This document shows positions 38,601-47,933 of a stretch of 64,000 nucleotides of DNA, one piece after another. Position 1 is the first letter of the stretch. Every line of letters begins with the position of its first letter. The translations under genes and the position numbers were made by a program. The stretch spans positions 3,776,001 to 3,840,000 of the forward strand of contig OZ219926.1 in the NCBI GenBank assembly GCA_964291405.2, in the 5' to 3' direction. The stretch comes from Thermodesulfobacteriota bacterium (GTDB lineage Bacteria > Desulfobacterota > Binatia > Bin18). The notes under the pieces are model-generated. The model worked only from the letters and a program-made list of their open reading frames with translations, did not search any database and was not told where the DNA came from.

Positions 38601-39326
38601 CGATTAGATACGGCCGGGGTGTGTGGCGATATCGACAACGGGTTTGGCCTGCTGTTCAACTGGAATCTGTTGCGAGATGGGGAGCATGACGTGGTGGCCC
38701 TGGTCGATGGGGTGGAGTTGGGCCGGGCACGTGTCACCGTCACGACGCTCGGGCAGGAGTTTCTGCGGGGCGTGGCGGGGAGGTGTGAGGCCGAGGACTT
38801 TCCGAGTCCAGGCGAGCAGGTGACGCTGGAGTGGCAGCAGAATAGCCAGAACTTTGTGATTGCGGGGGGAGTCCCCCCGGTCGGGGCGAACACCGGCCGA
38901 CCGAGTGGGCTGACAGGGTTTTTGGAGAATCCGGGGCATAACTCCTTTCAGAGTGGGGTGCGGGTCCTGTCGGGCTGGGTATGCGACGCAGATATCGTGG
39001 AGATCGAGTTGGGGCATCTGGGGCGCCAAGTGGCCGCGTATGGCACGGAGCGGCTGGACACTCAAGACGTGTGTGGGGACACGGACAATGGGTTTGGGTT
39101 GTTGTTCAACTGGAACCTGTTGGACGATGGAGAGCATGACGTGGTGGCCCTTGTGGATGGCGTGGAATTAGGTCGGGCCACGGTGCGGGTGACAACCCTG
39201 GGGGCGGAATTCCTGCGGGGAGCGGAGGGGGAATGTATGGTGGAAGACTTCCCCGGCCTGGGGCAGAGTGTGCTGTTGGAGTGGCAACAGAATAGTCAGA
39301 ATTTTGTCATCACGGATGTGGAGTGA
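32667..39326 (+). CDS. Giant secreted S8/S53-like serine protease with Ig/cadherin-like, GLUG, FN3 repeats, poly-Gly linker and tandem C-terminal module
   Basis: GVLSDG, NEGVAMLEIIHDLAPGA, SSAGN, KPDL.A.DG, GTSAAAPH; VGGLVG GLUG repeats; YTDT.V..GTTYTYQV FN3; start codon uncertain. Confidence 0.88.
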   Translation: MITDTGRRSVGPSYQGETTSQSGLRKRDYSVRLFKSLVALGAALVGADLSHAQPTDQSIAVILAAKAQRTPAQRKLSSQFLDAAGNAQPSASVTGQQAQPASVTGVGVTNGVRADVTPPEPVRPRAVQVMDEQVPTADVEDAAVTVDIRADVTDVVLARIRALGGTVLNSVPQYRAIRARLPLAALEPLARLEAVQFIRPADQAITHQMLSRPAVAEVVVTAKLNTTEGDVAHQANTARTTHSVDGSGISIGVLSDGVVGLANQQATGDVPAQVTVLPGQEGRPTSFCGRPISGNEGVAMLEIIHDLAPGAELFFATGFGGAAEMAQNIEALCDAGADIIVDDIGYLLAPAFQDGVIAQAVSAVVAKGCYYFSSAGNGGNLNDGTSGVWEGDFAAGTTLNLSGVKTGAVYHEFSSGVTGNQIVKDSPLPISLQWADPIDGSANDYDLFLIDANNNVLASSTNTQDGTQDPIEYIVGSCSNAYQNARLVIVKNAGAADRYLRLNTGGALAIATAGQTFGHSAAQDAIGVAAVDARAARGAGGVFNGTESVETFSSDGPRRMFFEANGTPITAGNFSSTGGRELQKPDLTAADGVSTSTPGFSDFHGTSAAAPHAAAIAALMLEAAGGPANVTQSALRTAMTSGTAVLDIEATGVDRDSGAGIVMAPGAVDAVAVAVADRNLAPTVTSTLTDRTFAPGADAVMIDLDDIFDDPNDDTLTYTMQLRPEDPAVTLAGSVLTLTPASPRSTVMVMVRAADPDGLARTQNFTVTVTAGNRDYDVDNDNLIDVSTLAQLDAIRYDLNGDGQVDGTTWMPYYSAYPMGALGMGCPDGCVGYELTTDLDFDTDDDGDIDSDDDYWNAGAGWDPIGDSTTPFDATFTGNRRTVSHLFIDRDDDATGLFGATGSSSLIRRLGLVDADVTGADSVGGLVGEGAGEIRSSYVTGHVSGADIVGGLVGHNLGDVTASYASVAVTADAQGGGLAGGNALDGRIRACYATGRVSGEDVGGLVGANAGTVAASYATGRVLGTDDVGGVAGTGDGVFRASYWDRETSGVRVGVGADDLDDDGWLEAGESRTPGVAGWSTAALQTPRGYNGIYRTWNLDLDDDAVPDTPWFLQRSGYPLLSSLDYAAGGYQLGRGTTLTATTSMGQAQVELTWTALNSSNFWVDGPAIFYTLLRDDGSTFEVLLEESSTLQYTDTDVTAGTTYTYQVVAVVQGGEAGRSAPLAVIAGVGNQPPGAVGTLAGQTLRVGGNAVMVDIADAFEDPENDTLTYAATSSATGVATVGISGTQVTVTPVATGTTTVTVTATDTAGSNTSTEQRFVATVWSATAVDYDTDDDGLIEITTLAQLDVVRHDLDGDGTPASGGASSYRIAFANAVEAMGCDGVDGCMGYELAADLDFDTNRSDAPDAGDDYWNGGDGWTPIGSAVDEAFAATFDGNGQTIANLYIKADGAVEMDYTGLFGVVGTLGLVRGLGLTAVDIAVSVDDDQVGGLVGANFGTITGCYVAGQVMGNHFVGGLVGWSRGVIAASYATGRVTGDLAVGGLVGVNNGAVIASYATGRVVGRSGIGGLVGFLSGGTVEASYATGRVTGTGNVGGLLGSTSGFFGGDVTHSYWDTRTSGLTSSDGGRGYATGSLQGPSGYTGLYGAWRVDLDGDRRQESPWHFGTSSQYPALALDVDGNGQATWQEIGYQLRESLTLRASGQPTQVSLTWNAVDVSYWTSAPTVRYTLFRTEGTTTEVVEDIDDVQYTDTSVTTGTTYTYQVAAVVSGGEAVWSAPVTVTARRSGGGGGGGGGGGGGGGGGGGGGGGGGGGGGGGGGGGDGACTQEDVHGNSAAQATAAALATPTLGAICPVADVDYFTVTAPDRGLLFVDTTGGVQTRGTLWQDDISLASGPMRSGPQDARLGARVQAGTVVIAVQGQGGATGDYDVVVTFVQGYLENPGPDSFQSGVGILSGWVCEADMVELELNGVPQGAAYGTERLDTAGVCGDIDNGFGLLFNWNLLRDGEHDVVALVDGVELGRARVTVTTLGQEFLRGVAGRCEAEDFPSPGEQVTLEWQQNSQNFVIAGGVPPVGANTGRPSGLTGFLENPGHNSFQSGVRVLSGWVCDADIVEIELGHLGRQVAAYGTERLDTQDVCGDTDNGFGLLFNWNLLDDGEHDVVALVDGVELGRATVRVTTLGAEFLRGAEGECMVEDFPGLGQSVLLEWQQNSQNFVITDVE
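38019..38123 (+). repeat. GGC/GGG microsatellite encoding 35 consecutive Gly
   Basis: 105 nt of GGN codons, mostly (GGC)n-GGG units. Confidence 0.95.
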
Positions 39327-39387
39327 GCCGGACGTCCCCAACCCCCCCCAGCGGGCGAGGGGTTTATCACCGCATTCCTATCGGGTT

Positions 39388-40425
39388 CTACCGACAGTGC
39401 GGAATGACTTCCCTGGCAAAACGCTCCATCGAGCGTTTGACGATGGCGTGATCGACCAGCCCGCCCTGGTTGAAATAGCCGATAAACTCGGTCATAGGAA
39501 ATTCCTGCTTGAAGTGCCGAATGCGTTCGATGCAGTAATCCGGGTCACCGAAGGCACCCATCTTGTTATCCAAACCCTCGTAGTTGACCCGCTCCAGTCG
39601 CTCCACTATCTGTTGAAAAGCTTCGTAGCTTTTGATGGTGGTTTTGCCGAGCGGACGGAGCCGTTCTCCTGCGGCGCGAAAAAAATTCATCAGACTCGGT
39701 TCGTATTCCTCTCGGGCTTTGGCCCGGCTGTCGGCAACGTGGACGGGAAACATCAGCGCGACATCGGGTTGGACCCCAGTGTTTAGATTACGTTGATACT
39801 CCGCAATATAGCCGCGCAGTTTGTCGGGCGGGTTAATCAGCGGAGAAGCAAAGATCGACAGGCCGAGTTGCCCGGCTAAAGCAAAGGTGTCCGGGCTGTT
39901 TGCCGCCATGCGTATCGGAGGGTAGGGCTGCTGAATGGGGCGTGGCACGACCGGCAGGTCCTCAGCCTGGAAGTATTTGCCCTGATAGGACAGGCGGTCC
40001 GTTGTCCAGGCGATGCGAATCACGTCGAGTGCTTCCGCAAAGCGCTCCCGACTCTCTTCCATGGGCACGTTATAACCTTGGTAATGTACCGGCGCGGTGC
40101 CGCGTCCGACACCAAACTCCAGCCGTCCGCCGCTCAGAATATCGGCGGTGGCCGCTTCTTCTGCCATTTTCATCGGGCTGTGCAGCGGCAGAAGGGTGAC
40201 GGCGGTGCCCAGACGGATACGCTCGGTATGCTGGGCCGCGGTTGCCAGCACCATCAGCGGCGAGGCCATAATCGAAGTGCTCGGCCCAAAGTGCAGTTCG
40301 CCCAGCCAGACGGTATCAAAGCCGACCGCGTCGCCCAGGCGAATCTGGGCCAGAATATCGTGGTAGCGCTGGCGCTCTGATTGTGTGGGCGCGCACGGCA
40401 GCTGATCGAAAAACCCAAAGCGCAT
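39388..40425 (-). CDS. LLM class flavin-dependent oxidoreductase
   Basis: GFDTVW.GE.HF, IRLGTAV, AT.D.LS.GRLEFGVGRG, PRP.Q.P.PP, FA.EVIP. Confidence 0.92.
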   Translation of the reverse strand: MRFGFFDQLPCAPTQSERQRYHDILAQIRLGDAVGFDTVWLGELHFGPSTSIMASPLMVLATAAQHTERIRLGTAVTLLPLHSPMKMAEEAATADILSGGRLEFGVGRGTAPVHYQGYNVPMEESRERFAEALDVIRIAWTTDRLSYQGKYFQAEDLPVVPRPIQQPYPPIRMAANSPDTFALAGQLGLSIFASPLINPPDKLRGYIAEYQRNLNTGVQPDVALMFPVHVADSRAKAREEYEPSLMNFFRAAGERLRPLGKTTIKSYEAFQQIVERLERVNYEGLDNKMGAFGDPDYCIERIRHFKQEFPMTEFIGYFNQGGLVDHAIVKRSMERFAREVIPHCR

Positions 40426-40466
40426 GAATCCCTCCTTTATGCGCTACGTTGAGTCGTCTGCACCCG

Positions 40467-40898
40467 CTACGGGAGGTGAGGACGAGACTCGTGGTAGTGG
40501 ATGACTTTCCAGGCCGCGTCTTTACGATGCAGGATAAAGGTGTCGCGTCCACCGGTCACAAAGGGCTCGGTCAGTCGCCTGATATCGGCCTCGAAGTGGA
40601 AATTGCAAAACGCGTAAGCCGTATCGCCGAACACGTCGATGGTGATATCGCTCAGTTGCATGGCTCCAACGCGGATGACCGATTCCGCGGCATGACGAAA
40701 ATAAGCCTCAACCTCGGCCCAGCCCCGGATCGGCTGGGCGCGCTCCTCGGGAATATAGAGGATGTGCTCATAGTCGGGGTCCCAGATGCTCTTGAGCCCT
40801 TCCCAGTCCATGGCTTCCCAGCTTTTGGAATAGTGCTCAAGAACAGCTCTGATCTGCTGTGTGTCCTGTTCCGTGGTTGACATGTGTGCAGTCCTCAT
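40467..40898 (-). CDS. NTF2/SnoaL-like protein (DUF4440 type)
   Basis: I.GW..V..Y, GR.TFIL......WKVIHYHES. Confidence 0.8.
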   Translation of the reverse strand: MRTAHMSTTEQDTQQIRAVLEHYSKSWEAMDWEGLKSIWDPDYEHILYIPEERAQPIRGWAEVEAYFRHAAESVIRVGAMQLSDITIDVFGDTAYAFCNFHFEADIRRLTEPFVTGGRDTFILHRKDAAWKVIHYHESRPHLP

Positions 40899-41695
40899 CC
40901 GAGTTGGGTAACAAAGTTCTCCAGGGCTTGGTTGAACGCCAGCGGCTGCTCAATCTGGTACATATGGGCGACATCTGTGACGATCTGTAAGTCCGCGTTG
41001 GGCATGTGTTCGGCCAGAATCCGGTTGGCTTCAACCGGCGTGGCCTCATCCTCTTCGCCCACCACGATCAGCGTGGGCTGGGTAATCTCCGTGAGCCTGG
41101 CTGTAATATCCCAATTCCACACGCCGTCCGGATGTTCGACCAGGGCGCGGGCCACACGCCGCGGAAAGGCGATACTATCGAGCAGATTGTTTTTGAGCAG
41201 ACGACAGATCTCGGGCCGCTCGTGCCGTGTCCGACGCGAAAAACACCGCCGCACAAACTCGTCGGTCATCTCTTCGTATTTGGTCCACAAGTCTCTCAGC
41301 AGATCGGTCGAATCGACAAACCGGGTCAGATTCGTCGCGCTGCTGATAATCAGATTGCCGGCAACGAGGTCCGGGTTGTCCAGGCATATCTGCATGGCCC
41401 GCATGCCGCCCATGGAATTGCCAACCAGAATCGCACGGTCAATACCCAAAGCGGCCAGCACGGCGGCATCGTCCGCCGCCATCTCCTGAATGGAATATCC
41501 GCTCAGCGGCTTGCTCGAACGCCCGTGACCCCGGGCTTCAATCACAATACAGCGATAGCGGTGGGCCAGGAGCGGGACCTGGTAGGTCCATATCCAGGCG
41601 TTGCAGGAATACCCGTGCAGAAAAACGAGCGGCCGACCCTGCCCATAATCGTCATAATGCACGCGAATCCCGTGCTCCCTTTCAACGAATGGCAT
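40895..41695 (-). CDS. Alpha/beta fold hydrolase
   Basis: G.GRPLVFLHG, RGHG.S, GNSMGG, PTLIVVGEED, AH....EQP. Confidence 0.9.
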   Translation of the reverse strand: MPFVEREHGIRVHYDDYGQGRPLVFLHGYSCNAWIWTYQVPLLAHRYRCIVIEARGHGRSSKPLSGYSIQEMAADDAAVLAALGIDRAILVGNSMGGMRAMQICLDNPDLVAGNLIISSATNLTRFVDSTDLLRDLWTKYEEMTDEFVRRCFSRRTRHERPEICRLLKNNLLDSIAFPRRVARALVEHPDGVWNWDITARLTEITQPTLIVVGEEDEATPVEANRILAEHMPNADLQIVTDVAHMYQIEQPLAFNQALENFVTQLG

Positions 41696-41711
41696 GGACG
41701 CTCCTCTTCTC

Positions 41712-42182
41712 TTACTGGCCGAGGAAGGGTGTTTTCAGCCAGCCGTCGCCGTATGGCGTAAAGAAGAAGGGCGTCACGCTGAGGTGTTTGAATTTCCACT
41801 CGCCGTCCCGCTTCTCATAGCGCTCTTCGTAGCGACCGGTCAGCCAGGCGGCCTGGTTGCCCTCGGCCAGGGTGCAGGGCTGAAACAGGTACCACTGGCC
41901 CGTGGCAGTGTCCGCGTCCACCTCAATAATAGGGTTCATGACGTTGTGGACCGCAAAAGGAAAAATTTCAGACGCGCCCTGAAAGAAGGTGCGGATGGCC
42001 TCACGGCCTTCGTGCTTGCCAAATTTTCCACCATCCCAGACCGCGTCCTCGGTAAACAGTTCGGCAATGCCGTCCGCGTCGTATTGATTGTCGCAGAAGG
42101 CACAGTAGCGAGCTTTGAGTTTCTTGATGGCTTCAATGCTCTCCAGGGTTTGAATGCGTTGGGCGAGATCGTCAGCGTTCAT
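41712..42182 (-). CDS. NTF2/SnoaL_4 protein (BaiE/LinA-like)
   Basis: LE..EAI..LKARY...D, LFTEDA.WD, H...NP.I.V, G.Y...Y.K.DG.WKF. Confidence 0.85.
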   Translation of the reverse strand: MNADDLAQRIQTLESIEAIKKLKARYCAFCDNQYDADGIAELFTEDAVWDGGKFGKHEGREAIRTFFQGASEIFPFAVHNVMNPIIEVDADTATGQWYLFQPCTLAEGNQAAWLTGRYEERYEKRDGEWKFKHLSVTPFFFTPYGDGWLKTPFLGQ

Positions 42183-42206
42183 GTCTGCTCCCTCCTTGGT
42201 GAGATG

Positions 42207-44480
42207 TTATTGCCTCGTTGTTTCTGAAGACCCGATGGGTGTGGCCGGCTCGACCTTGACCAGACGGCAGGGGAGGCCGCGCAGCAGCCAGGTACCCATC
42301 ATGGGGTCGCACTGCGCCGGGTCATCGTCGGTACACACATTGATATTCGTTTCCCACAGACCGTACAGCTCCGGAGCCTGTCCTGGACGCTCGGGATACC
42401 ACCAGCGGTCGGCCTGGACGACGCGCGGATGAAGGGTGTCATCCAGGCGGGCGACGTGCCGCACGCTGCCGATTGGGGTTTCGATGGTGATCCACGTCCC
42501 GTCCTCAATACCGAGTTCCGCCGCGGCGTGCGGGTGAAGCTGAACCACCGGGTGGGGATACTTCTTGCGGAACCACGGCATCTGCTGACTGTTCTGGTGG
42601 AAGCCTTCGATCACCCGCCCTCCGGTTGTCAGCACCAGCGGATAGTCGGTTGACCAGCGCGTAAAAATTTCCGGCTCCTCGTAGACGGGCAGAGCCGGGT
42701 AGTCGAGGTCGGTCAGGATGGCTGAGCGTAACTCTACCCTTCCGGATGGGGTCCCAAAGCGCGGTTCATCGTCCTGGGCCGACCGGCCAGTGAATTTCCC
42801 GTAGCGTGGCGTAGCGGACATCCACGGCCCGCTTTGCTGAGCAAGAGTGTGAAAGCTGAGGCCGGCCGGTCGCAGACAGGTATCCCAGAACTCTTCAACG
42901 GTTTCCGGCCAGTCGGCCTCCTGACCTAGCCGCTGCCCGAGGTCTCTCCACAGCTCATAATCGTTCCGGTGACCATACTCGGGCTCGATGGCCGCGTGGC
43001 TCGCCGCGGCGTAATCGCCGGCGGTGCCCATATAGCCGAGGCCGGTGGAGAAGGACGGCTTTTCGAGCCAGTGGCTGGCTGGCAGGACGTAGTCGGCCAA
43101 CTGCGCGGTCGGAGACAGAAACAGGTCGTGGACTACCAGCAGTTCCAGGTTGGCACTCCGCAGCGCTTGCTCGACCCGCTTGGCATTGCCACTCCCACCC
43201 AGCGGATTATGGTGCTGGACAAACAGCCCCTTGACCGGGTACGGATCGCCCTGGGTAATCGCCTGCCACAGGCTGGGCTCATGGGCCGAAGCCGTCCAAC
43301 TCAGCAGGTGGTGCTTGCCGTGCCAGGCCGGTGCCATGGCCGCATCAAGCTGTTTATACCCGTCGCCCAGAAGACGAAAGCGATCGATCCCCAGTCGCTT
43401 GCGCCACTGTTCTTCGGGCAGGCGGTTCATCAGCATCACATCCCCGTTTGCCACGACCTGCCGGGGAGGGCCTGATAGGGAGTGGCCGCCTTCCCGATCC
43501 AGATTGCCGCTAATGGCCACCAGACAGGCAATTGCCCGTGCAGCCTGGAGGCTCGCCGGGCCGAGCTGGCACACTCCGTTGCCACTATTGATGATGCCTG
43601 GCCGGTTGCGGGCAAACAGCCGGGCAGCTTTGACCAGGAGTTCTTTTGGGACCCAGGTGAGCTCGGCGGCCCGTTGCGGCGAATAGGCGGCCACGTGCTG
43701 CTGCAAGGCGTCGAACCCGGTGGTGTACTGCTCGACAAACTCCTGGTCGTACAGACTTTCTTCAATCAGAACCGAGAGCCAGCCCAAGGCTAAGGCCCCA
43801 TCCGTCCCAGGACGGAGCTGCAACCACAGATCGGCCCGCTTTGCCTCGGTAGTGTAGTGGGGGTCAACCACAATGAGCGTGGCTCCCTGGCGGTGGGCTT
43901 TGACGATCTGTTTCCACAGGAGGGGTACCGAAGCACTCGGCCGCATCCCCCACAGCACTATGCATTTCGTAAGGCCGGGGACGGGAGAAGTGTGCGCGGT
44001 CGGGCCATAGCCATAGGTCAGGGCCTCGGCCATGGTTGTTGGGCCGGAGCAGATTTTATCCTGTCCGGCGCTATTGGGGCTGCCGAAAAGGTTCAGAAAA
44101 CGCTCGCCAAGACCCCAGTCCGCACCGTGAAACGTGCCAAAGGTGACGGCAACACTCTCAGGGCCGTGCTGGTGCTTCAGGGTTTTGAGCCGTGCGGCAA
44201 TATCATCCAAGGCTTCGTCCCAGGTGACCTGCTGCCAGGCCCCCTCACCCCGCTCCCCCGTGCGTTTGAGTGGCCAGTGGACGCGTCCCTCCTGGTAATG
44301 CAATTCAGCAGCTCGGCGACCCTTAATACAGACAAACCCCTGACTGATCGGATGCTCTGCGTCGCCACTGATCTGGGTGATTCGTCCCTGCTCCACATGG
44401 GCGAGCACGCCACACTGCTGAGAACAGCTACAACATATGACAGGCCTGACGGCTGTCTGCTCTTGGGTGGAAAGAGTCAT
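42207..44480 (-). CDS. Molybdopterin/tungstopterin oxidoreductase, DMSO-reductase superfamily (acetylene-hydratase-like clade)
   Basis: CCSCSQQC...C 4Fe-4S; PLKR.G.RGEG.W; [10 protein letters not shown]; ADYVLPA..WLE; TPSG.VEL; WWYPE. Confidence 0.88.
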   Translation of the reverse strand: MTLSTQEQTAVRPVICCSCSQQCGVLAHVEQGRITQISGDAEHPISQGFVCIKGRRAAELHYQEGRVHWPLKRTGERGEGAWQQVTWDEALDDIAARLKTLKHQHGPESVAVTFGTFHGADWGLGERFLNLFGSPNSAGQDKICSGPTTMAEALTYGYGPTAHTSPVPGLTKCIVLWGMRPSASVPLLWKQIVKAHRQGATLIVVDPHYTTEAKRADLWLQLRPGTDGALALGWLSVLIEESLYDQEFVEQYTTGFDALQQHVAAYSPQRAAELTWVPKELLVKAARLFARNRPGIINSGNGVCQLGPASLQAARAIACLVAISGNLDREGGHSLSGPPRQVVANGDVMLMNRLPEEQWRKRLGIDRFRLLGDGYKQLDAAMAPAWHGKHHLLSWTASAHEPSLWQAITQGDPYPVKGLFVQHHNPLGGSGNAKRVEQALRSANLELLVVHDLFLSPTAQLADYVLPASHWLEKPSFSTGLGYMGTAGDYAAASHAAIEPEYGHRNDYELWRDLGQRLGQEADWPETVEEFWDTCLRPAGLSFHTLAQQSGPWMSATPRYGKFTGRSAQDDEPRFGTPSGRVELRSAILTDLDYPALPVYEEPEIFTRWSTDYPLVLTTGGRVIEGFHQNSQQMPWFRKKYPHPVVQLHPHAAAELGIEDGTWITIETPIGSVRHVARLDDTLHPRVVQADRWWYPERPGQAPELYGLWETNINVCTDDDPAQCDPMMGTWLLRGLPCRLVKVEPATPIGSSETTRQ

Positions 44481-44655
44481 GGCGCGCCTTTCACGCAAAG
44501 AATATGAAATCGCTCTAGTCCATCTCAGACCGAGTGTCAATGAAAAAATGGTCTCAGGAATTCGAGACCGCAAGAATAAGGAATGTCTTGCCAACATGAG
44601 GGAAAAGGGCGTAGAGAGAAAAACGACTATAGAGAAGGGAGGCGTCGGTGAAACG

Positions 44656-46110
44656 ATGAGTACCACACAGCTCCTTAATTTTGTGGACGGCGAGTGGAGT
44701 CATTCGAGCGCAACAGAATCGCTGACCATTCCGAATCCGGCGACTGCACAGGAGATCGCCAGCCTGCCTGTCTCTCCCGCTCCTGATGTTGATGCTACGG
44801 TCCGGGCGGCCACCCGTGCTTTTCCTGAGTGGCGGCGCACGCCGGCGGGTGAGCGGATACAGTATTTATTCAAATTTAAGACCCTGTTGGAGGAACACCT
44901 CGACGACCTTGCCCAAACCATTACCAATGAATGTGGCAAGACCTATACGGAAGCGGCCGGAGAAATGCGCCGCGGCATTGAGAATGTCGAGGTTGCCTGT
45001 GGAATCCCCAGTTTACTCCAAGGTTTGTACAGCGAGGATATTGCGCGCGGTATTGATGAAACCATGATCCGGCAGCCGGTCGGCGTGGTGGCGGCGATTA
45101 CGCCGTTTAATTTTCCGGGCATGATTCCGCTGTGGTTTCTGCCGTATGCCATTGCGTGTGGGAACACCTTTATTCTCAAGCCGTCGGACAAAACGCCCCT
45201 CACCGCCCAAAAGATCTTTGCCCTGTTGGAGCAAACCGGCCTACCCAAAGGCGTGGCCAATCTGGTGAACGGCGCAAAAGAAACCGTAGACGCCTTGGTC
45301 GATCACCCTGAGGTGCGGGCCATCAGTCTGGTTGGTTCCACACCAGTCGCCAGGGCAGTGTACGCCCGAGCCACAGCAAACGGCAAACGCGCGCAATGTC
45401 AGGGCGGTGCAAAAAATCCGATTATTGTTCTGCCTGACGCCGATATTGAAGAGGTGGCGCAGGTCGCGGCTGAGTCGGCTTTTGGCTGCGCCGGTCAACG
45501 CTGCCTTGCCGCTTCGTTGGCCATCACGGTTGGTGACGCCGCACAGCCATTTGTTGAGGCCATGGCCGACGTGGCGGTACGGCGAAACGTTGGCTACGGG
45601 CTGGACGCTGGAGTGGAAATGGGGCCGGTGATCCGAGCCGAAAGTAAAGCGCGCATTGAACAGCTTATCCAAACCGGTCTTGACGACGGGGCGCAGGCCA
45701 TCGTAGACGGCCGCCAGGCCCAGGTCGCCAGCTACGAACAGGGCTATTTCGTCAAGCCGACCATCCTGACCGAGGTACAGCCGGGGAGCCAGATCGCGAC
45801 CACGGAGATATTCGGGCCGGTCCTGAGTGTGATGTCGGCAAAAGATGTTGACGGCGCGCTCAGCTTGGTAAACGGCCAGCACTACGGCAATATGGCCTGT
45901 CTCTTTACCCAGAGTGGAGCGGCGGCCCGAAAATTTCGCTACGAAGCTCAGGTGGGCAACCTGGGGATTAACGTCGGCGTTGCCGCGCCCATGGCCTTCT
46001 TTCCTTTTAGTGGCTGGAAAGACAGTTTTTTCGGCGACCTGCATGGCCAGGGGCGCGATGCCATCGATTTTTATACGGAAAAGAAGGTGATCGTAGAGCG
46101 ATGGGGATGA
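44656..46110 (+). CDS. mmsA: CoA-acylating methylmalonate-semialdehyde dehydrogenase
   Basis: [54 protein letters not shown]. Confidence 0.9.
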   Translation: MSTTQLLNFVDGEWSHSSATESLTIPNPATAQEIASLPVSPAPDVDATVRAATRAFPEWRRTPAGERIQYLFKFKTLLEEHLDDLAQTITNECGKTYTEAAGEMRRGIENVEVACGIPSLLQGLYSEDIARGIDETMIRQPVGVVAAITPFNFPGMIPLWFLPYAIACGNTFILKPSDKTPLTAQKIFALLEQTGLPKGVANLVNGAKETVDALVDHPEVRAISLVGSTPVARAVYARATANGKRAQCQGGAKNPIIVLPDADIEEVAQVAAESAFGCAGQRCLAASLAITVGDAAQPFVEAMADVAVRRNVGYGLDAGVEMGPVIRAESKARIEQLIQTGLDDGAQAIVDGRQAQVASYEQGYFVKPTILTEVQPGSQIATTEIFGPVLSVMSAKDVDGALSLVNGQHYGNMACLFTQSGAAARKFRYEAQVGNLGINVGVAAPMAFFPFSGWKDSFFGDLHGQGRDAIDFYTEKKVIVERWG

Positions 46111-46138
46111 GAAAGCGTCGTTGAAGAAGGGATCTCTC

Positions 46139-47902
46139 ATGTCAATCGACAGTCTGTCTGACGCTGGAACCGAAACACGAACCGTAGCTGCCCATCGACC
46201 GACCATCCGGGGCACCCGCCACATGGTCGCGGGCGGGCATTATCTGGCGGCACACGCTGGCTTTCATATTCTTGAGGCCGGTGGCAATGCGGTTGACGCC
46301 GGGGTCGCTGCCGGTATCGCCCTGGGTGTCTTGCAGAGCGATCTGGTGAACGTGGCCGGGGTGGCCCCAATCATTCTGTATCTGGCCGACCGGCGTGAGG
46401 TGACGACGATCAGCGGTCTGGGTTGCTGGCCGCAAGCCGCCTCGGTGGAGATGTTTCAGCACAAGCACGCCGGCCATATTCCTGTGGGTATTCTCCGCAC
46501 CGTCGTGCCGAGCGCGCCCGACGCCTGGATTACCGTGCTGGAGCGGTACGGAACCATGGGGTTTGGTGAGGTCGCGGCAGCCGCAATCCGTTTTGCGCGC
46601 GACGGGTTTCCCATCCATGCTTTTACCGCGGGCATCATCAAGGCGAATGCCGACAAGTATCGGCGCTGGCCCTCGAACGCGGCCATCTATCTGCCTGGCG
46701 GTCAGGCCCCACAGCCGGGCGACATCTTCAAACAAACCGACCTGGCCGGAACCTTGCAGTATATGGCCGACGAAGAGACGCACGCCCGGAGACAGGGACG
46801 AAAGGCCGGGCTCCAGGCGGCCCGGGCCGCTTTCTATCAAGGCGATATTGCCGCGGCGATTGTCAAGTTTCACGCGGAGAATGACGGGCTACTGACCGCC
46901 AAAGACCTGGCCGAATTTCAGGTCGCCGTAGAACCCCCGACGCGGACGACATTCCAGGACCTTGAAGTCTACGCCTGTGGCCCGTGGTGTCAGGGGCCGG
47001 TCTTGCAGCAAGCGCTGAATCTCCTGGAAGGCTATGATCTTGCGGCCCAAGGCCACAATTCGCCCCAGTATATTCACACGGTGACCGAAGCGCTCAAACT
47101 GGCGTTTGCCGACCGGGACCGCTACTACGGCGACCCGCGCTTCGTTGAGGTGCCCATCGAAGCACTGTTGTCCAAGGACTATGCCGAGCAGCGCCGTTCC
47201 CTGATTCGGGAGAATGAAGCCTGGCCCGAGATGCCACCGGCCGGCGACCCCCAACGCTGCCGGGCGGCGGTTGACGCCGAGCTCAGTCCAGCGCCGAACG
47301 AGACGGCCCAGCCCGGCCTGGACACCTCGTACGTCTGCGTCATAGACCGGCATGGCAATGCTTTCTCCGCCACTCCGAGCGATACCTCATCTGATATGCC
47401 GGTCGTGCCCGGTACAGGTCTGTGTCCGTCCTCACGCGGTTCGCAGTCCTGGGCCGATCCGCATCATGCTTCCTGTGTTGCCCCTGGGAAACGCCCCCGC
47501 CTGACCCCCAACCCGGCCTTGGTCCTGCGTGACGGTCGCCCCTTTCTGGTGTTGGGCTCTCCCGGCGGTGATGTTCAGCCTCAGGCCATGTTGCAGACCT
47601 TGCTCAACACCGCGGTCTTTGGCATGGAGGCCCAGGAAGCGGTCGAAGCGCCACGCTTTGCCAGCTACAGCTTCCCGGATTCCTTTGAACCGCACGCCTA
47701 CCATCCCGGTCGGCTGAATATCGAGAGCCGTATCGTTGAGGAGACCGGAGCGTCGTTGTCCGAGCGTGGTCACCAGGTGCACTGGTGGCCGGACTGGATG
47801 TGGCGAGCCGGGGCGGTATGCTGCATTCACGTTGAGCCAACAACCGGTGTGCTGGCCGGCGGCGCCGACCCGCGCCGTGCGTCGTACGCCGTGGGTTGGT
47901 AA
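46139..47902 (+). CDS. ggt: Gamma-glutamyltransferase family protein
   Basis: GGNAVDA, LAFADR..Y.GDP, nucleophile DTSY, PGKRP, GSPGG..Q.Q, ADPRR. Confidence 0.9.
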   Translation: MSIDSLSDAGTETRTVAAHRPTIRGTRHMVAGGHYLAAHAGFHILEAGGNAVDAGVAAGIALGVLQSDLVNVAGVAPIILYLADRREVTTISGLGCWPQAASVEMFQHKHAGHIPVGILRTVVPSAPDAWITVLERYGTMGFGEVAAAAIRFARDGFPIHAFTAGIIKANADKYRRWPSNAAIYLPGGQAPQPGDIFKQTDLAGTLQYMADEETHARRQGRKAGLQAARAAFYQGDIAAAIVKFHAENDGLLTAKDLAEFQVAVEPPTRTTFQDLEVYACGPWCQGPVLQQALNLLEGYDLAAQGHNSPQYIHTVTEALKLAFADRDRYYGDPRFVEVPIEALLSKDYAEQRRSLIRENEAWPEMPPAGDPQRCRAAVDAELSPAPNETAQPGLDTSYVCVIDRHGNAFSATPSDTSSDMPVVPGTGLCPSSRGSQSWADPHHASCVAPGKRPRLTPNPALVLRDGRPFLVLGSPGGDVQPQAMLQTLLNTAVFGMEAQEAVEAPRFASYSFPDSFEPHAYHPGRLNIESRIVEETGASLSERGHQVHWWPDWMWRAGAVCCIHVEPTTGVLAGGADPRRASYAVGW

Positions 47903-47933
47903 CAGAGGTCTTGCTGTATAAGGAGGGAAGACG

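Noticed and set aside
38469-39326. Diversity-generating retroelement TR/VR pair
   Set aside because: Both repeats are in-frame coding domains, differences are not adenine-specific, and no reverse transcriptase is in the window.
42207-44480. True acetylene hydratase
   Set aside because: It lacks the catalytic Asp after the second Fe-S cysteine (Ser instead), so only clade-level similarity is claimed.
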